The position numbers and the translations under genes were made by a program. A stretch of 38,315 nucleotides of DNA from a virus (lineage: Duplodnaviria; Caudoviricetes). The notes beneath the pieces were generated by a model that saw nothing but the letters and a program-made list of their open reading frames with translations, ran no database searches and had not been told where the DNA came from. Positions 28,139 through 36,329 of the stretch are shown here, one piece after another. The DNA lies in IMG/VR virus record IMGVR_UViG_3300032221_000163, positions 1 through 38,315 of that record. One strand, 5' to 3'. Positions within the stretch are counted from its first letter, which is position 1; the number at the start of each line of letters is the position of its first letter.

Positions 28139-28731
28139 CAGCCAGCAGCCAGTGCAGCGGCGATCGGATCAGCCTCTTCGCTGATCCAGCCACCCTCAAT
28201 GGGCTGGAGCTCCACCTGGACGGTCTTCATCTGAGCGATCTGGAAACCGATCAGCTGAAGCTGCACGCCCTTGGTGCCGGGCATGTCGTAGACGTACACC
28301 TCAAAGACCACCTTGCCGGTGGTGCCACCAGGGATGGAGCTGACGGATTCGGTGACCACCATGCCGCGGCTGTCATAGATGGACGGGCGTGTGTTGTTCT
28401 TGGTTTCGCCTGTCTTGGTGCGGTACTGGGCCATCCGCTTGAAGTTCCAGAGCAGGTTTTCTGGATCGTCTTCACGGCTGCCGTCTTCCATCTTCTTGGT
28501 GCTCATGCGCCAAGGCATCCGGAGCTTTTCGTTGGTGGCAGGGAAGCGGGGATCGGATGCGCGCTTCTCAGCTAGGGCCTGCTCGACTGCCTGCATCAGG
28601 GGGTCAGAGTCAGCGAGAGACAGAACGAATCCAAGGTTCCATTCGATCTTCCCGCTGTTGGGATTTTCACGAGGATCGCAGAGTGCGCCGAAGACGATGG
28701 TGCCCAGGGGGGTGACGTGTTTAGGTGCCAA
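28138..28731 (-). CDS. ssb: Single-stranded DNA-binding protein (T7 gp2.5-like)
   Basis: TPLG......L..P, P.IYDSRG, I.GG..GKV, GV.LQL..FQI; between RNAP and endonuclease; acidic-ish tail. Confidence 0.85.
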   Translation of the reverse strand: MAPKHVTPLGTIVFGALCDPRENPNSGKIEWNLGFVLSLADSDPLMQAVEQALAEKRASDPRFPATNEKLRMPWRMSTKKMEDGSREDDPENLLWNFKRMAQYRTKTGETKNNTRPSIYDSRGMVVTESVSSIPGGTTGKVVFEVYVYDMPGTKGVQLQLIGFQIAQMKTVQVELQPIEGGWISEEADPIAAALAAG

Positions 28732-28814
28732 GTTGGGTAACGATGAGTGAACTGTGGGCGGCGGGACTTACATGAAGCGAGTACCACACTCGTGCCTCAA
28801 TGCCCGCTGCATGA

Positions 28815-28843
28815 ATGATACGACGTTGTTGAATGCTGTCAAC
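28815..28843 (-). promoter_or_regulatory. Sigma70-like promoter (TTGACA-N16-TATCAT) overlapped by the GTTGA-N6-TCAAC motif, upstream of ssb
   Basis: -35 at 28837-28842 and -10 at 28815-28820; the motif overlaps the RNAP stop codon. Confidence 0.6.
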
Positions 28844-31226
28844 TAAAGAGGAACGGGTTTTCGCCCACCTTGCTCCGGTCCAACGACCCCACAATCGGTG
28901 GTGCTGGCACCTCCCTCCCGAGCACCATCTCAACCATGCCCTGATGCCTGGTCAGGTGATCCACGGAATAGAACCGATGCCACTGATCGTTCAGCTCTGA
29001 CTGCAGCGTTCCAACGTGCTGCAACGTGGTGCCGAAGCAGTCATGAACCGTTGCAATCGGGTGGTCATACGTTGCCCAATGCGCAACGAACCGCATCAGG
29101 AATGCAGCATCCATGCTGTGCACGTAGTCAGGCACAAGCTTCCGACTGGTGCGCCGCTTGTTGACCGGGCAACCCGTGGCATCCCGCACACCCACTGAGA
29201 TGGTGCGCCTGCCGAGGGTCAACTCGATCTGATCCTGCCTGCTATCGGACTGATAACACTCAACCGCCAGGCCATTGGGTGTGAACCAGTACGCCCGATG
29301 ACCGGCATCGATCTGCATGTTGCTCAACTGGGTGAGCCAACGGGACAGATCACGCACATTGGGCAATGCTTCATTCACCACCTTGGTTGTGATTGTGGCC
29401 AGCACCAGGGCCAGGTCCACAATGCGCAGTCCTTCCTCGGTGAGGAAGTCTTCCACCTCATCCCGCAGGTACAGCTTGATGGTCTCAGCCAGGGATAGGT
29501 AGCTGCGGCCATAAATGATCGGCATCAGCACCTTCTTCCACAGCGAGCGGGGAATCTGATGCCTGCACCACCACGCCACGGTTTTGGTGCGGCGTTCATC
29601 CATCTCCTCGTGGTCACGGATCCACTTCAACCGTGCAACAACCAGCTTCCCGAGGCCGGTGTACAGGTCAGCGGAAGCACGGCCCGTGACGTTGGTGTAC
29701 TGCGCTAGCTGGGCATCACCGGTTAGGCAGGCAACGTGGCCCCAGCCCGAGCAGGTCTGATCCAACCAGTGGATGGTGCCGCTCTGGTATCCAGGGTTCT
29801 CGATGTAGCTGGCCCAGTCACGGCACAGCTGGATGAACCGCCACGGTTCCTTCACGTCAGCCCAGTAGGCGAGGCTGCCGAGGGGATCGTTGCCTGCCTT
29901 GACGATGGCTGCGCTCATCGTGTCCAGGTACCGCTCCCGTTCCTTGGGATCAGGGCTCAACCCGAGTGCACCGCCGAGGCTCCAGGCAAACTCCCGTTCA
30001 TGCCCCTTGATCGGGCTGCGTTCATCGAACTGCAGCAGCGAGCGTTGGTGATCGGGACCCTGGATGTTGAGCTGTGATCCACGGCTGTACACCCGGCCAC
30101 GGTGATCCATGTGGTGGACAAACCAGAGGGGCCGGGCATCACCGAGGCGGCGGTGTGCAACCAGGGTGTTCACGATCCGGCTGCGTTCACCGTCTCGGCG
30201 CTGGTCTGACTTCCACTTCCACACCGCCTTCCAGTAGGCCGAAGGGCCCAGGCCCTGCACCTTGTACTCGTTGTCCACCGGTTCAGGGACACGGTGCCTG
30301 GCGGGAACGCTGCCCACCTGGTGGCCCAGGTTCCAACAGGCTTCCAACAGTCCCATCTGGATCTCATCGATCTGATAGGGCTGCTCCTGCAGCAGGTTGA
30401 TGCTGTCCAGCACGCAGGGCAGCATCCGCTTGCTCACCTCCGGCCAACGTGCCCAGTCCACCGGGCTGACCTGAGTGGCGATGCTCAGGTACCCACCACC
30501 GGTGTGCCCAGTCCAGTCCCTGGGCGGCACCATCATCGGCATGTAGAGGGGCCGGAACATGGTCACGGCATCCTTCCACCGGTCCAGGAACTGCCAGTAC
30601 AGGGGTGTGTAGCGAACCCAGCGGTGCCGCTTGCGGTTCACCGTCTTCATCACCACCTCGATCATCTTGGTGCTCTCGGCAATGCACTCGATGAAGAACG
30701 CACCGAGGGCAGCACGCTCAACGTGCTTGAGGGGGTGGTAGGCCGCGGCCTTGCGGAAGCCCTGATCGATGAGGCGCTTGCGCACCAGGCCCATGTTCAG
30801 GTCATTGTTGGTGGCCAGCTTGAGGCCCTGTAGGTGCATTGATCTGCCCCACTGGGGGTGCTGTAGCCAGAGCACGTATTCAGCCCGCTTGCCGATGGTT
30901 GTGGCGAGCTGGGTGAAGGGGCGTTCCTCGTTGAGGTTGCCGATTACATAGGCCAGGGTTTCAAGGGCAACATGAATGACACTTTTCTTGTCACTCATCA
31001 ATGCCCAGATGTGTTGTTGCCGGCCTGGTGTGCGGTGAGATTTGTCATAGATCTCCAGCACTTTCTCCAGGTAAAGAGTGGCTAACCGCTGGGTCAATGT
31101 GCCGCTGGCACCCTTCTCCCACTTGGTGGAAAGAATGCGGTCTGCACCTGTACTTCTGCACCAGGATTCAAGCTCCAGCTGTTGGTGCAGGGGCTCCTTG
31201 ACGGCGTTCAACTGTTGATCGTGCAT
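28839..31226 (-). CDS. T7-like single-subunit DNA-directed RNA polymerase
   Basis: PM.VPP.DW, DHRGRVY, motif A DQTCSG..H, motif B R...KK..M...YG, PDYVHSMDA, motif C VHDCFGT, C-terminal FLFS. Confidence 0.96.
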   Translation of the reverse strand: MHDQQLNAVKEPLHQQLELESWCRSTGADRILSTKWEKGASGTLTQRLATLYLEKVLEIYDKSHRTPGRQQHIWALMSDKKSVIHVALETLAYVIGNLNEERPFTQLATTIGKRAEYVLWLQHPQWGRSMHLQGLKLATNNDLNMGLVRKRLIDQGFRKAAAYHPLKHVERAALGAFFIECIAESTKMIEVVMKTVNRKRHRWVRYTPLYWQFLDRWKDAVTMFRPLYMPMMVPPRDWTGHTGGGYLSIATQVSPVDWARWPEVSKRMLPCVLDSINLLQEQPYQIDEIQMGLLEACWNLGHQVGSVPARHRVPEPVDNEYKVQGLGPSAYWKAVWKWKSDQRRDGERSRIVNTLVAHRRLGDARPLWFVHHMDHRGRVYSRGSQLNIQGPDHQRSLLQFDERSPIKGHEREFAWSLGGALGLSPDPKERERYLDTMSAAIVKAGNDPLGSLAYWADVKEPWRFIQLCRDWASYIENPGYQSGTIHWLDQTCSGWGHVACLTGDAQLAQYTNVTGRASADLYTGLGKLVVARLKWIRDHEEMDERRTKTVAWWCRHQIPRSLWKKVLMPIIYGRSYLSLAETIKLYLRDEVEDFLTEEGLRIVDLALVLATITTKVVNEALPNVRDLSRWLTQLSNMQIDAGHRAYWFTPNGLAVECYQSDSRQDQIELTLGRRTISVGVRDATGCPVNKRRTSRKLVPDYVHSMDAAFLMRFVAHWATYDHPIATVHDCFGTTLQHVGTLQSELNDQWHRFYSVDHLTRHQGMVEMVLGREVPAPPIVGSLDRSKVGENPFLFS

Positions 31227-31289
31227 TCTCAGAGATCTCAGTGGAAATCCCTGATGGGGCCTGGTATTTGCGTTCTGTCAATCTTGCCT

Positions 31290-31331
31290 CGGATTATGAG
31301 TCCGCTGCATTCGCCAGATTGCTAGACCCCC
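31290..31331 (-). other. attP core: 5' 42 nt of a tRNA with CAT anticodon (Met or Ile2)
   Basis: Minus strand GGGGGTC TA GCAA TCTGGCGA ATGC A GCGGA CTCATAA TCCG gives acceptor 5' strand, D arm and anticodon arm; no T arm or 3' acceptor strand follows; about 60 bp downstream of the integrase. Confidence 0.85.
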
Positions 31332-31394
31332 TCAGGGTTTTGTTGGTGCACCCTGGTGCATTGTGCACCATACGTCTCAAACATGAGACAGCGT

Positions 31395-32402
31395 TCAACA
31401 GTGTGCCAGGGATGCCAAGTTGATACCAGCAGCGTGGATGTACCGCTGCGTCACTGATAACGACTTGTGGCCAGCCCATGCCTGGATGGCGGGGGCGGCG
31501 TGGCCGTTGGCAGCCAGCTCCGTGATCCGGGTGTGGCGCAGGGTATGGATGACCCATTCCTTGCGAACCGTGGGGCCGAGGCCCAGCCGATCGCAGGCCT
31601 CATGTTTGGCGTCGCTGTAGTGCAACAGGAACGTGCCGTAGTGGATCGGGAACACCGTCTCCAGGCCCCGTGCCTGCATGGTTTTGACCACACCAAGGGC
31701 AGGCTTGGTGAGGGGCAGCCTGCGGGGCATGGCGCCCTTGGTTTTGACGAACTGAACCTCGCCCTTGGCCAGGTCAATCCGATCCCATGTCAGGTCCAGG
31801 GCTTCGCCAACACGGCAACCCATTTCACGCAGGAAAATGGTGAGGCCCAGCGAAAGCCGGTTCTCCTTGCGCTCCAGGGCATCCAACAGGGCAGCCATCC
31901 ATTCATCACGGATCACCAAATCACGGGGTTCTGGTGATTTGAGGGTGCGCTTCTCAGGCATCAACGGCATGGCGTCGATGTGCCCAAGGCGGCAGGCCCG
32001 CTTCAACATCACGCTGGCGGCGCTGATGTATTTCTTGATGGTGGTGTTGCTGAGGCCACTGGCCCGCAGGTCCTCCACCAGGTCATCCAGCCGCCGCATG
32101 GTCAGCTCGCTGACGTGAGTGCGAGGCCCCATCAGCTTGGCCAGGCGTGCTGCATTCTCCAGCTGGCTGGAATCCTTGCCGGCCCAGTCAGCACTGGCGC
32201 AGACCCGCACCATGTCGCCCAGGGTGCCCTCGTGGTGGCGCTGTTGGCGCACCTCCATGACAGGGCTGGGATCCCTGGGGTTGGCCCCGGCCTCCCATTC
32301 CGCGGCCTCCCGTTCGGTGAGAAAGTCCCTGCTGATGCGCTTGCCATCACGCTGAAACTGGACTCTCCACCTGTTCCGATCTGGACAGAATCGAACTGCC
32401 AT
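31395..32402 (-). CDS. int: Tyrosine recombinase / phage integrase
   Basis: Catalytic set GCRVGE (R), KTK (K), HTLRHT (HxxR), AGH, TQRY (Y); N-terminal arm-binding-like beta domain. Confidence 0.95.
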   Translation of the reverse strand: MAVRFCPDRNRWRVQFQRDGKRISRDFLTEREAAEWEAGANPRDPSPVMEVRQQRHHEGTLGDMVRVCASADWAGKDSSQLENAARLAKLMGPRTHVSELTMRRLDDLVEDLRASGLSNTTIKKYISAASVMLKRACRLGHIDAMPLMPEKRTLKSPEPRDLVIRDEWMAALLDALERKENRLSLGLTIFLREMGCRVGEALDLTWDRIDLAKGEVQFVKTKGAMPRRLPLTKPALGVVKTMQARGLETVFPIHYGTFLLHYSDAKHEACDRLGLGPTVRKEWVIHTLRHTRITELAANGHAAPAIQAWAGHKSLSVTQRYIHAAGINLASLAHC

Positions 32403-32730
32403 AAATCATTGCCCCTAAAAGTGATACAAACTCTTGTCCTTTTTTGGTGAGGTAAACCTGCAAAATCCGATCGTCATCTGGGTTCCTGCGGGTCTCAACC
32501 CAGCCCATCCGGGCGGAGCTGATCTTGTCTCGCCTCCCGGAACTGCCCAAAACATCCATCGCCCGTGAGACGGCGGAGAGGGTCAAATCGCAGGCCATTG
32601 CCAATTCGGTCTGGGTTTGACCAGGTTTGAGGGCAACGGTCAACAGCAGATGCAACTGGCTGATGCGCAGCTGGGAATGCTGATGGAGACAGAAGAGAAG
32701 CCCCGAGTGGAGCTTGGATAGTTCAGACAT
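32347..32730 (-). CDS. MarR-like winged-helix regulator (candidate repressor)
   Basis: PGQTQTELA....LT.SAVSR..D.L, GWVE...NPDDDR...VYLT.KG; directly upstream of and overlapping int. Confidence 0.85.
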   Translation of the reverse strand: MSELSKLHSGLLFCLHQHSQLRISQLHLLLTVALKPGQTQTELAMACDLTLSAVSRAMDVLGSSGRRDKISSARMGWVETRRNPDDDRILQVYLTKKGQEFVSLLGAMIYGSSILSRSEQVESPVSA

Positions 32731-32894
32731 TGCAAGGTTCACTCACCACTGCAAAGCTAATCCCAAGTCAACAGTTTCGGTTGAATCATTGACAGGGTTT
32801 AAGTGCCTGATTCGCCTCATTCTGCTGCACGGTGCTTCACAGTTTGATTGGCGAGAAATCAACGATGATGCACACACTGAATAGCAACGTCCAC

Positions 32895-33116
32895 TCAATG
32901 CGAACGGCTCGCGTCCTGGCAGATTGAACCGTAACAGTGGGCACCTCTAGGAGCCTGCGGTGGTTGCTGCTGATGCCGAGGTAGAAATCCACCGGGAGCC
33001 AGATGCTGCGAGACAGTTTCAAGATGCGTTTTGGTTACAAAGTTGGGATCGCCAAGCTGCACCGAATACAACGCAGCAATGGTGCCGACAACATAACCCA
33101 ACAGTGAGTACTTCAT
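32895..33116 (-). CDS. Small protein with N-terminal hydrophobic segment
   Basis: Likely start MKYSLLGYVVGTIAALYSV at 33116 (ATGA overlap with the upstream stop). Confidence 0.5.
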   Translation of the reverse strand: MKYSLLGYVVGTIAALYSVQLGDPNFVTKTHLETVSQHLAPGGFLPRHQQQPPQAPRGAHCYGSICQDASRSH

Positions 33117-33283
33117 GCTGCCTTGTGTGGTTGATTGATGAGCTCTTGTGACAGCTTTTGCTGATGCTCTGCTGTCAACTGTTTGGCGGTCTGAAGCGTG
33201 GGTATGAGGCCGCGGCCTTCCCACCGCCAACCGAGGCCGATCAAGGCCTCAACGTGGTGTGCAATCAGGGTTTCGGTATCCAT
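33113..33283 (-). CDS. Hypothetical 56-aa protein, not in the ORF track
   Basis: Manual translation MDTETLIAHHVEALIGLGWRWEGRG...HKAA; tiles exactly between neighbours. Confidence 0.55.
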   Translation of the reverse strand: MDTETLIAHHVEALIGLGWRWEGRGLIPTLQTAKQLTAEHQQKLSQELINQPHKAA

Positions 33284-33286
33284 GGC

Positions 33287-33517
33287 TCAACGGCACTGGT
33301 AGAAGCTGCTGCCGCACTGGTAGGGGGTCTGATAGAAGCCCTGTTGCTGGCTGTTGCGCAGCTGGCGATCGGCATCCATCAGCTGCTGATTGCGCTGGTA
33401 GGTCCGCTCAAAGCTGTTGAAGCTGGGCTGCCCGTAGTTCACCAGGGGCCGCCATTGAGCAGCAGCAGGGAGAGGCAGCAGGAGTGCGGCAATGGCCGCG
33501 GCAATGGTGGTCTTCAT
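33287..33517 (-). CDS. Small secreted protein with Sec signal peptide
   Basis: MKTTIAAAIAALLLPLPAAA|QW; Gln/Tyr-rich mature part with two C-terminal Cys. Confidence 0.6.
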   Translation of the reverse strand: MKTTIAAAIAALLLPLPAAAQWRPLVNYGQPSFNSFERTYQRNQQLMDADRQLRNSQQQGFYQTPYQCGSSFYQCR

Positions 33518-33549
33518 CGTGGGTACTAGGTGCACAGCAGGGAGCGGGT

Positions 33550-33591
33550 GAGGCCCCTAGAGAAGCCCCGTGGGGCCTCAGTAGGAGCTTC
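33550..33591 (-). repeat. Conserved intergenic stem-loop, copy 3 (candidate RNase III site)
   Basis: GAAGCTCCTA-CT-GAGGCCC-CACG-GGGCTTC-TC-TAGGGGCCTC. Confidence 0.75.
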
Positions 33592-34024
33592 AGGCTGCGA
33601 GCTTTTCAGCAGTGCGCAGGAGCCAGTTATCGGCATCCAGAGCAACAGGGAACACGTCTTGACCTTTCCAGGCATAGGCGGCTCCGTTGTTGATCTGAAA
33701 CCACTCACCCTTGCGCTGGGTGATGCCTGCATCGTTGCCATGGCGTGTCAGGGCACCGATCAGAGCATTCAGGCGGCTTTTGGTTGTGGAGGTTTGCCAG
33801 CCGCAATCTGAAACCCAGAGTGTGTTTTCAGCTGGCCTGATGGCAGCAATCTCATTGCCATGCAGCTTCACGCTGATGATGCGCTGATAACCGGGTGCAT
33901 GCGCAACACCATGGTGTGTTTGTGAAACTTCCGTGTTGCCGCACTTGATGTAGCGGCCATCGTGATCAGCTTTGCCGATCAGATCCCGGATGGCCTGGAT
34001 CATGCGAGCTTCAGTCTTTCTCAT
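33590..34024 (-). CDS. Conserved aquatic-phage early hypothetical protein
   Basis: Start MRKTEARM at 34024; NT.V...V.LHGN.IA...D.GWQT.TTKSRLNAL motif. Confidence 0.7.
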   Translation of the reverse strand: MRKTEARMIQAIRDLIGKADHDGRYIKCGNTEVSQTHHGVAHAPGYQRIISVKLHGNEIAAIRPAENTLWVSDCGWQTSTTKSRLNALIGALTRHGNDAGITQRKGEWFQINNGAAYAWKGQDVFPVALDADNWLLRTAEKLAA

Positions 34025-34061
34025 GGTCTGGGTTACAAGGTGCACTGCTAGGGCTTCCGGA

Positions 34062-34102
34062 GAGGCCCCTAGAAAGGCCAGCAAGGCCTTTATGGGAGCT
34101 TC
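34062..34102 (-). repeat. Conserved intergenic stem-loop, copy 2
   Basis: GAAGCTCCCA-T-AAAGGCC-TTGCT-GGCCTTT-C-TAGGGGCCTC. Confidence 0.75.
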
Positions 34103-34149
34103 TAGGTGTCACCCACTGGCAACGGTGGCCAGCGGGCAACTAGAGGGCG

Positions 34150-34707
34150 TCAGAAGTTATCGGAGAACACGTAGACGGCTCCATCGAACTCGATCTCGGT
34201 GTAGTCGTGCCGCAGGTTGGCCTCCCAGGTGGCTTCGTAGTCGATGACCACCCAAGACAGCATCCCGGCATCGCTGGTCAGATCACGGCCGCCGTGGTCT
34301 TCGATCAGATCCTCCACAAACTCCCGTTGCCAATCCCAGCGGTTGTCAGTCCAGAAGACAAAGGCATCGCTGAACTCCGTGGCGGTTTCGATGCCCAGCT
34401 CAACCACCAGGTCCAGGAACTCCATCAGCTCGGTGTGGTTCCACTTCTCGCCAACGGAGCGGTGGATTTCGTCGTAGAGACCCTTCAGGTCATCGCTCAG
34501 CTCCTGGTAGTCGGCGTCTTCATCCCGTTGCAGGGGCTCCCAGCGGATTTGCTTGGCATCCAGCAGGGCTTCGTAGAAGCCAGTCCAGCTGAGCTTCCCG
34601 TCAGGTTTGATGTAGCCGGCTGCTGCTACCAGCTGGCTCTTAGGTGCTTCTGAACCGAAATCAGCAACCAGGGACAGCAGTCCGGTTCCGGTGACTTGGG
34701 TAGGCAT
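34150..34707 (-). CDS. Acidic early protein: cyanobacterial AbrB-like N-domain fused to an ArdA-like antirestriction C-domain
   Basis: N-terminal TG..LL.....KSQLV.AAGY....GKL..T.FYEALLDAK parallels the 14200-14601 protein; Asp/Glu-rich C-terminus with EF.E.......IDYEATW...LRHDY......YVF. Confidence 0.65.
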   Translation of the reverse strand: MPTQVTGTGLLSLVADFGSEAPKSQLVAAAGYIKPDGKLSWTGFYEALLDAKQIRWEPLQRDEDADYQELSDDLKGLYDEIHRSVGEKWNHTELMEFLDLVVELGIETATEFSDAFVFWTDNRWDWQREFVEDLIEDHGGRDLTSDAGMLSWVVIDYEATWEANLRHDYTEIEFDGAVYVFSDNF

Positions 34708-34742
34708 GGTCTCAAATGCAAGGTTTCGCGTTGGGAGCCGTA

Positions 34743-34782
34743 GAGGCCCCTAGAGAGGCCAGGTGGCCTCAGTAGGAGCTTC
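34743..34782 (-). repeat. Conserved intergenic stem-loop, copy 1
   Basis: GAAGCTCCTA-CT-GAGGCC-ACCT-GGCCTC-TC-TAGGGGCCTC. Confidence 0.75.
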
Positions 34783-35026
34783 AGGCCCGATCAGCCATCA
34801 GATCAGCGCAGCTCAGCGCATAGCGAGCCAGGGCGTTGCCCTTGGAAGAGTGGCCCCAGTTCTGCCTGGTGATGATCGCCAGCGTGTCGCGCTGCTCATC
34901 AGCAGTGAACAGGGCCCAGATCTCATCAGCCTTGGCTGCCATGCCCTCAGTGATCGAGCCAGCCACAACGGCTGCGTCGACCAACAGGTCCCAGGTCTCT
35001 TGTGTGGTGGTCATGGTCATGGTCAT
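34781..35026 (-). CDS. First early gene, hypothetical protein
   Basis: 81 aa; preceded by the ACCTTGCA motif; stop overlaps stem-loop copy 1. Confidence 0.65.
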   Translation of the reverse strand: MTMTMTTTQETWDLLVDAAVVAGSITEGMAAKADEIWALFTADEQRDTLAIITRQNWGHSSKGNALARYALSCADLMADRA

Positions 35027-35069
35027 GGTTGCAAGGTGCGCTCATCAGGCATTGCTGCCTGTACTGACA

Positions 35070-35098
35070 ATGAGAGCACATGGGCTGCGCCCTGTCAA
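35070..35098 (-). promoter_or_regulatory. Candidate host sigma70 early promoter
   Basis: TTGACA (35093-35098), 17 bp, TCTCAT (weak -10), then a CAGGCA-GCAA-TGCCTG hairpin in the leader. Confidence 0.4.
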
Positions 35099-35814
35099 CA
35101 GTCGCCAGTCCGCTGCCTGCCCCTAGGTGCACCAAGGGAGCACCAGGGCCTCCGGCCCGTTCAACAATCAGCCTCTCCCTCTAGATGCTCCGGGTGTGCC
35201 GCAGTGATGAAGGCCGATCCCAGCGCAGGGCTGGTGTCGAGCGCAGCGAGCACCAGACCGCAGTTGGGTGGCCTGATGGCTTTGCCATCAGCTGCCAAGG
35301 CCTGAAGAACGCCCGCGGCTGACGGGCTTACCTCATCCCCTGGGCTCTCCTTCCCTCTTCCTGCCTTCTGGCTGTTCTGGCTGTTGGCTGTCAGCCCCGC
35401 AGGGTGTGGCTGTTCGGCTGTTCAGACAACCATCGCAGGGCCGCAGGGCGTAGCCCGGAGGCCTGCTGTTCAACCCTGGCCAACCCAAAACCCTTGCCAC
35501 AACAGGATGGTGCATTCCTCCGGACTGGCTCACCCAGCCATCTGAACCACCAGATACACCACCACTGCATCCCTGAATCCTCAATGCACCCTCATTGATA
35601 CCTAGGTGTATCTATGGAGTAGCCCTTAGATAACAGCCAAACAGCCTTAAATCATTTAATCCATTAATCCATACCCTTGATGCATCTAATAGCACTAAGG
35701 CTGCGGGCGTTCATTCCGGATTCGTTGTTCCTCACCGGAACAACTCACCCTCGCTCCGCTCGGGCAAGTCCTTCATTCACTGCAGCGTCGTTATGTAACC
35801 AATGTTTCAATCCC

Positions 35815-35847
35815 TGCATCCCTTATGCATCCCCTATGCATCCCCTG
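35815..35847. repeat. Three tandem 11-bp repeats TGCATCCC(C/T)T(A/G)
   Basis: tgcatccctta tgcatccccta tgcatcccctg, with related TGCA(T/C)(T/C)C words scattered over 35510-36050. Confidence 0.7.
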
Positions 35848-36329
35848 GAGATACTCTGAAGTAGCTTTAGAGGTTACAGGGTTTTGGGTAACTCCAGCGG
35901 GTCGGGTGTGTGTATGTTTGTGTAGATGAGGAGTGATGAAGTGTAGATGAAAAGTGTTATCAACCCGGAGTGGATTGAGTGATGGTGTGTTTAACCGGAC
36001 TTGTGATCCGGTGAAACCCCAGGAGTAGAGCGGGTGTGGTGCACCCCCTCCCAACCCGTGAACACCCACCCCCATGGGGGGAGCCGCGGATTCCCGTATA
36101 TACACACAGCCGCACAGGGATTAGTAGCGGGAGTGGAGCTACCGGAGTTGCGTGAGGAGGCGCACCTGGGAGCGGAAGGTGGGGCCCTGCGTGTGGCGAA
36201 TAAGGATGCTCCTTATGTGAGGAGCCACACTGGGGCTGACCTTAGGAGGGGTCTAAAACGGGGAGGTGGGATCTGTCAAGGGTTGCCAGGGTTTAGTAGG
36301 ATGAGGAGTCAGTGGTTAGTGACACAACA

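Noticed and set aside
28839-31226. Degenerate or inactive RNA polymerase
   Set aside because: Although divergent, both catalytic Asp motifs, the motif B Arg/Lys/Tyr and DxxGR are present.
31260-31331. Complete phage tRNA gene
   Set aside because: No T arm (GTTCRA) or 3' acceptor strand follows the anticodon arm.
33550-34782. CRISPR array or terminators
   Set aside because: Repeats are 500-700 bp apart and separated by genes, there are no cas genes, and there are no U tracts.
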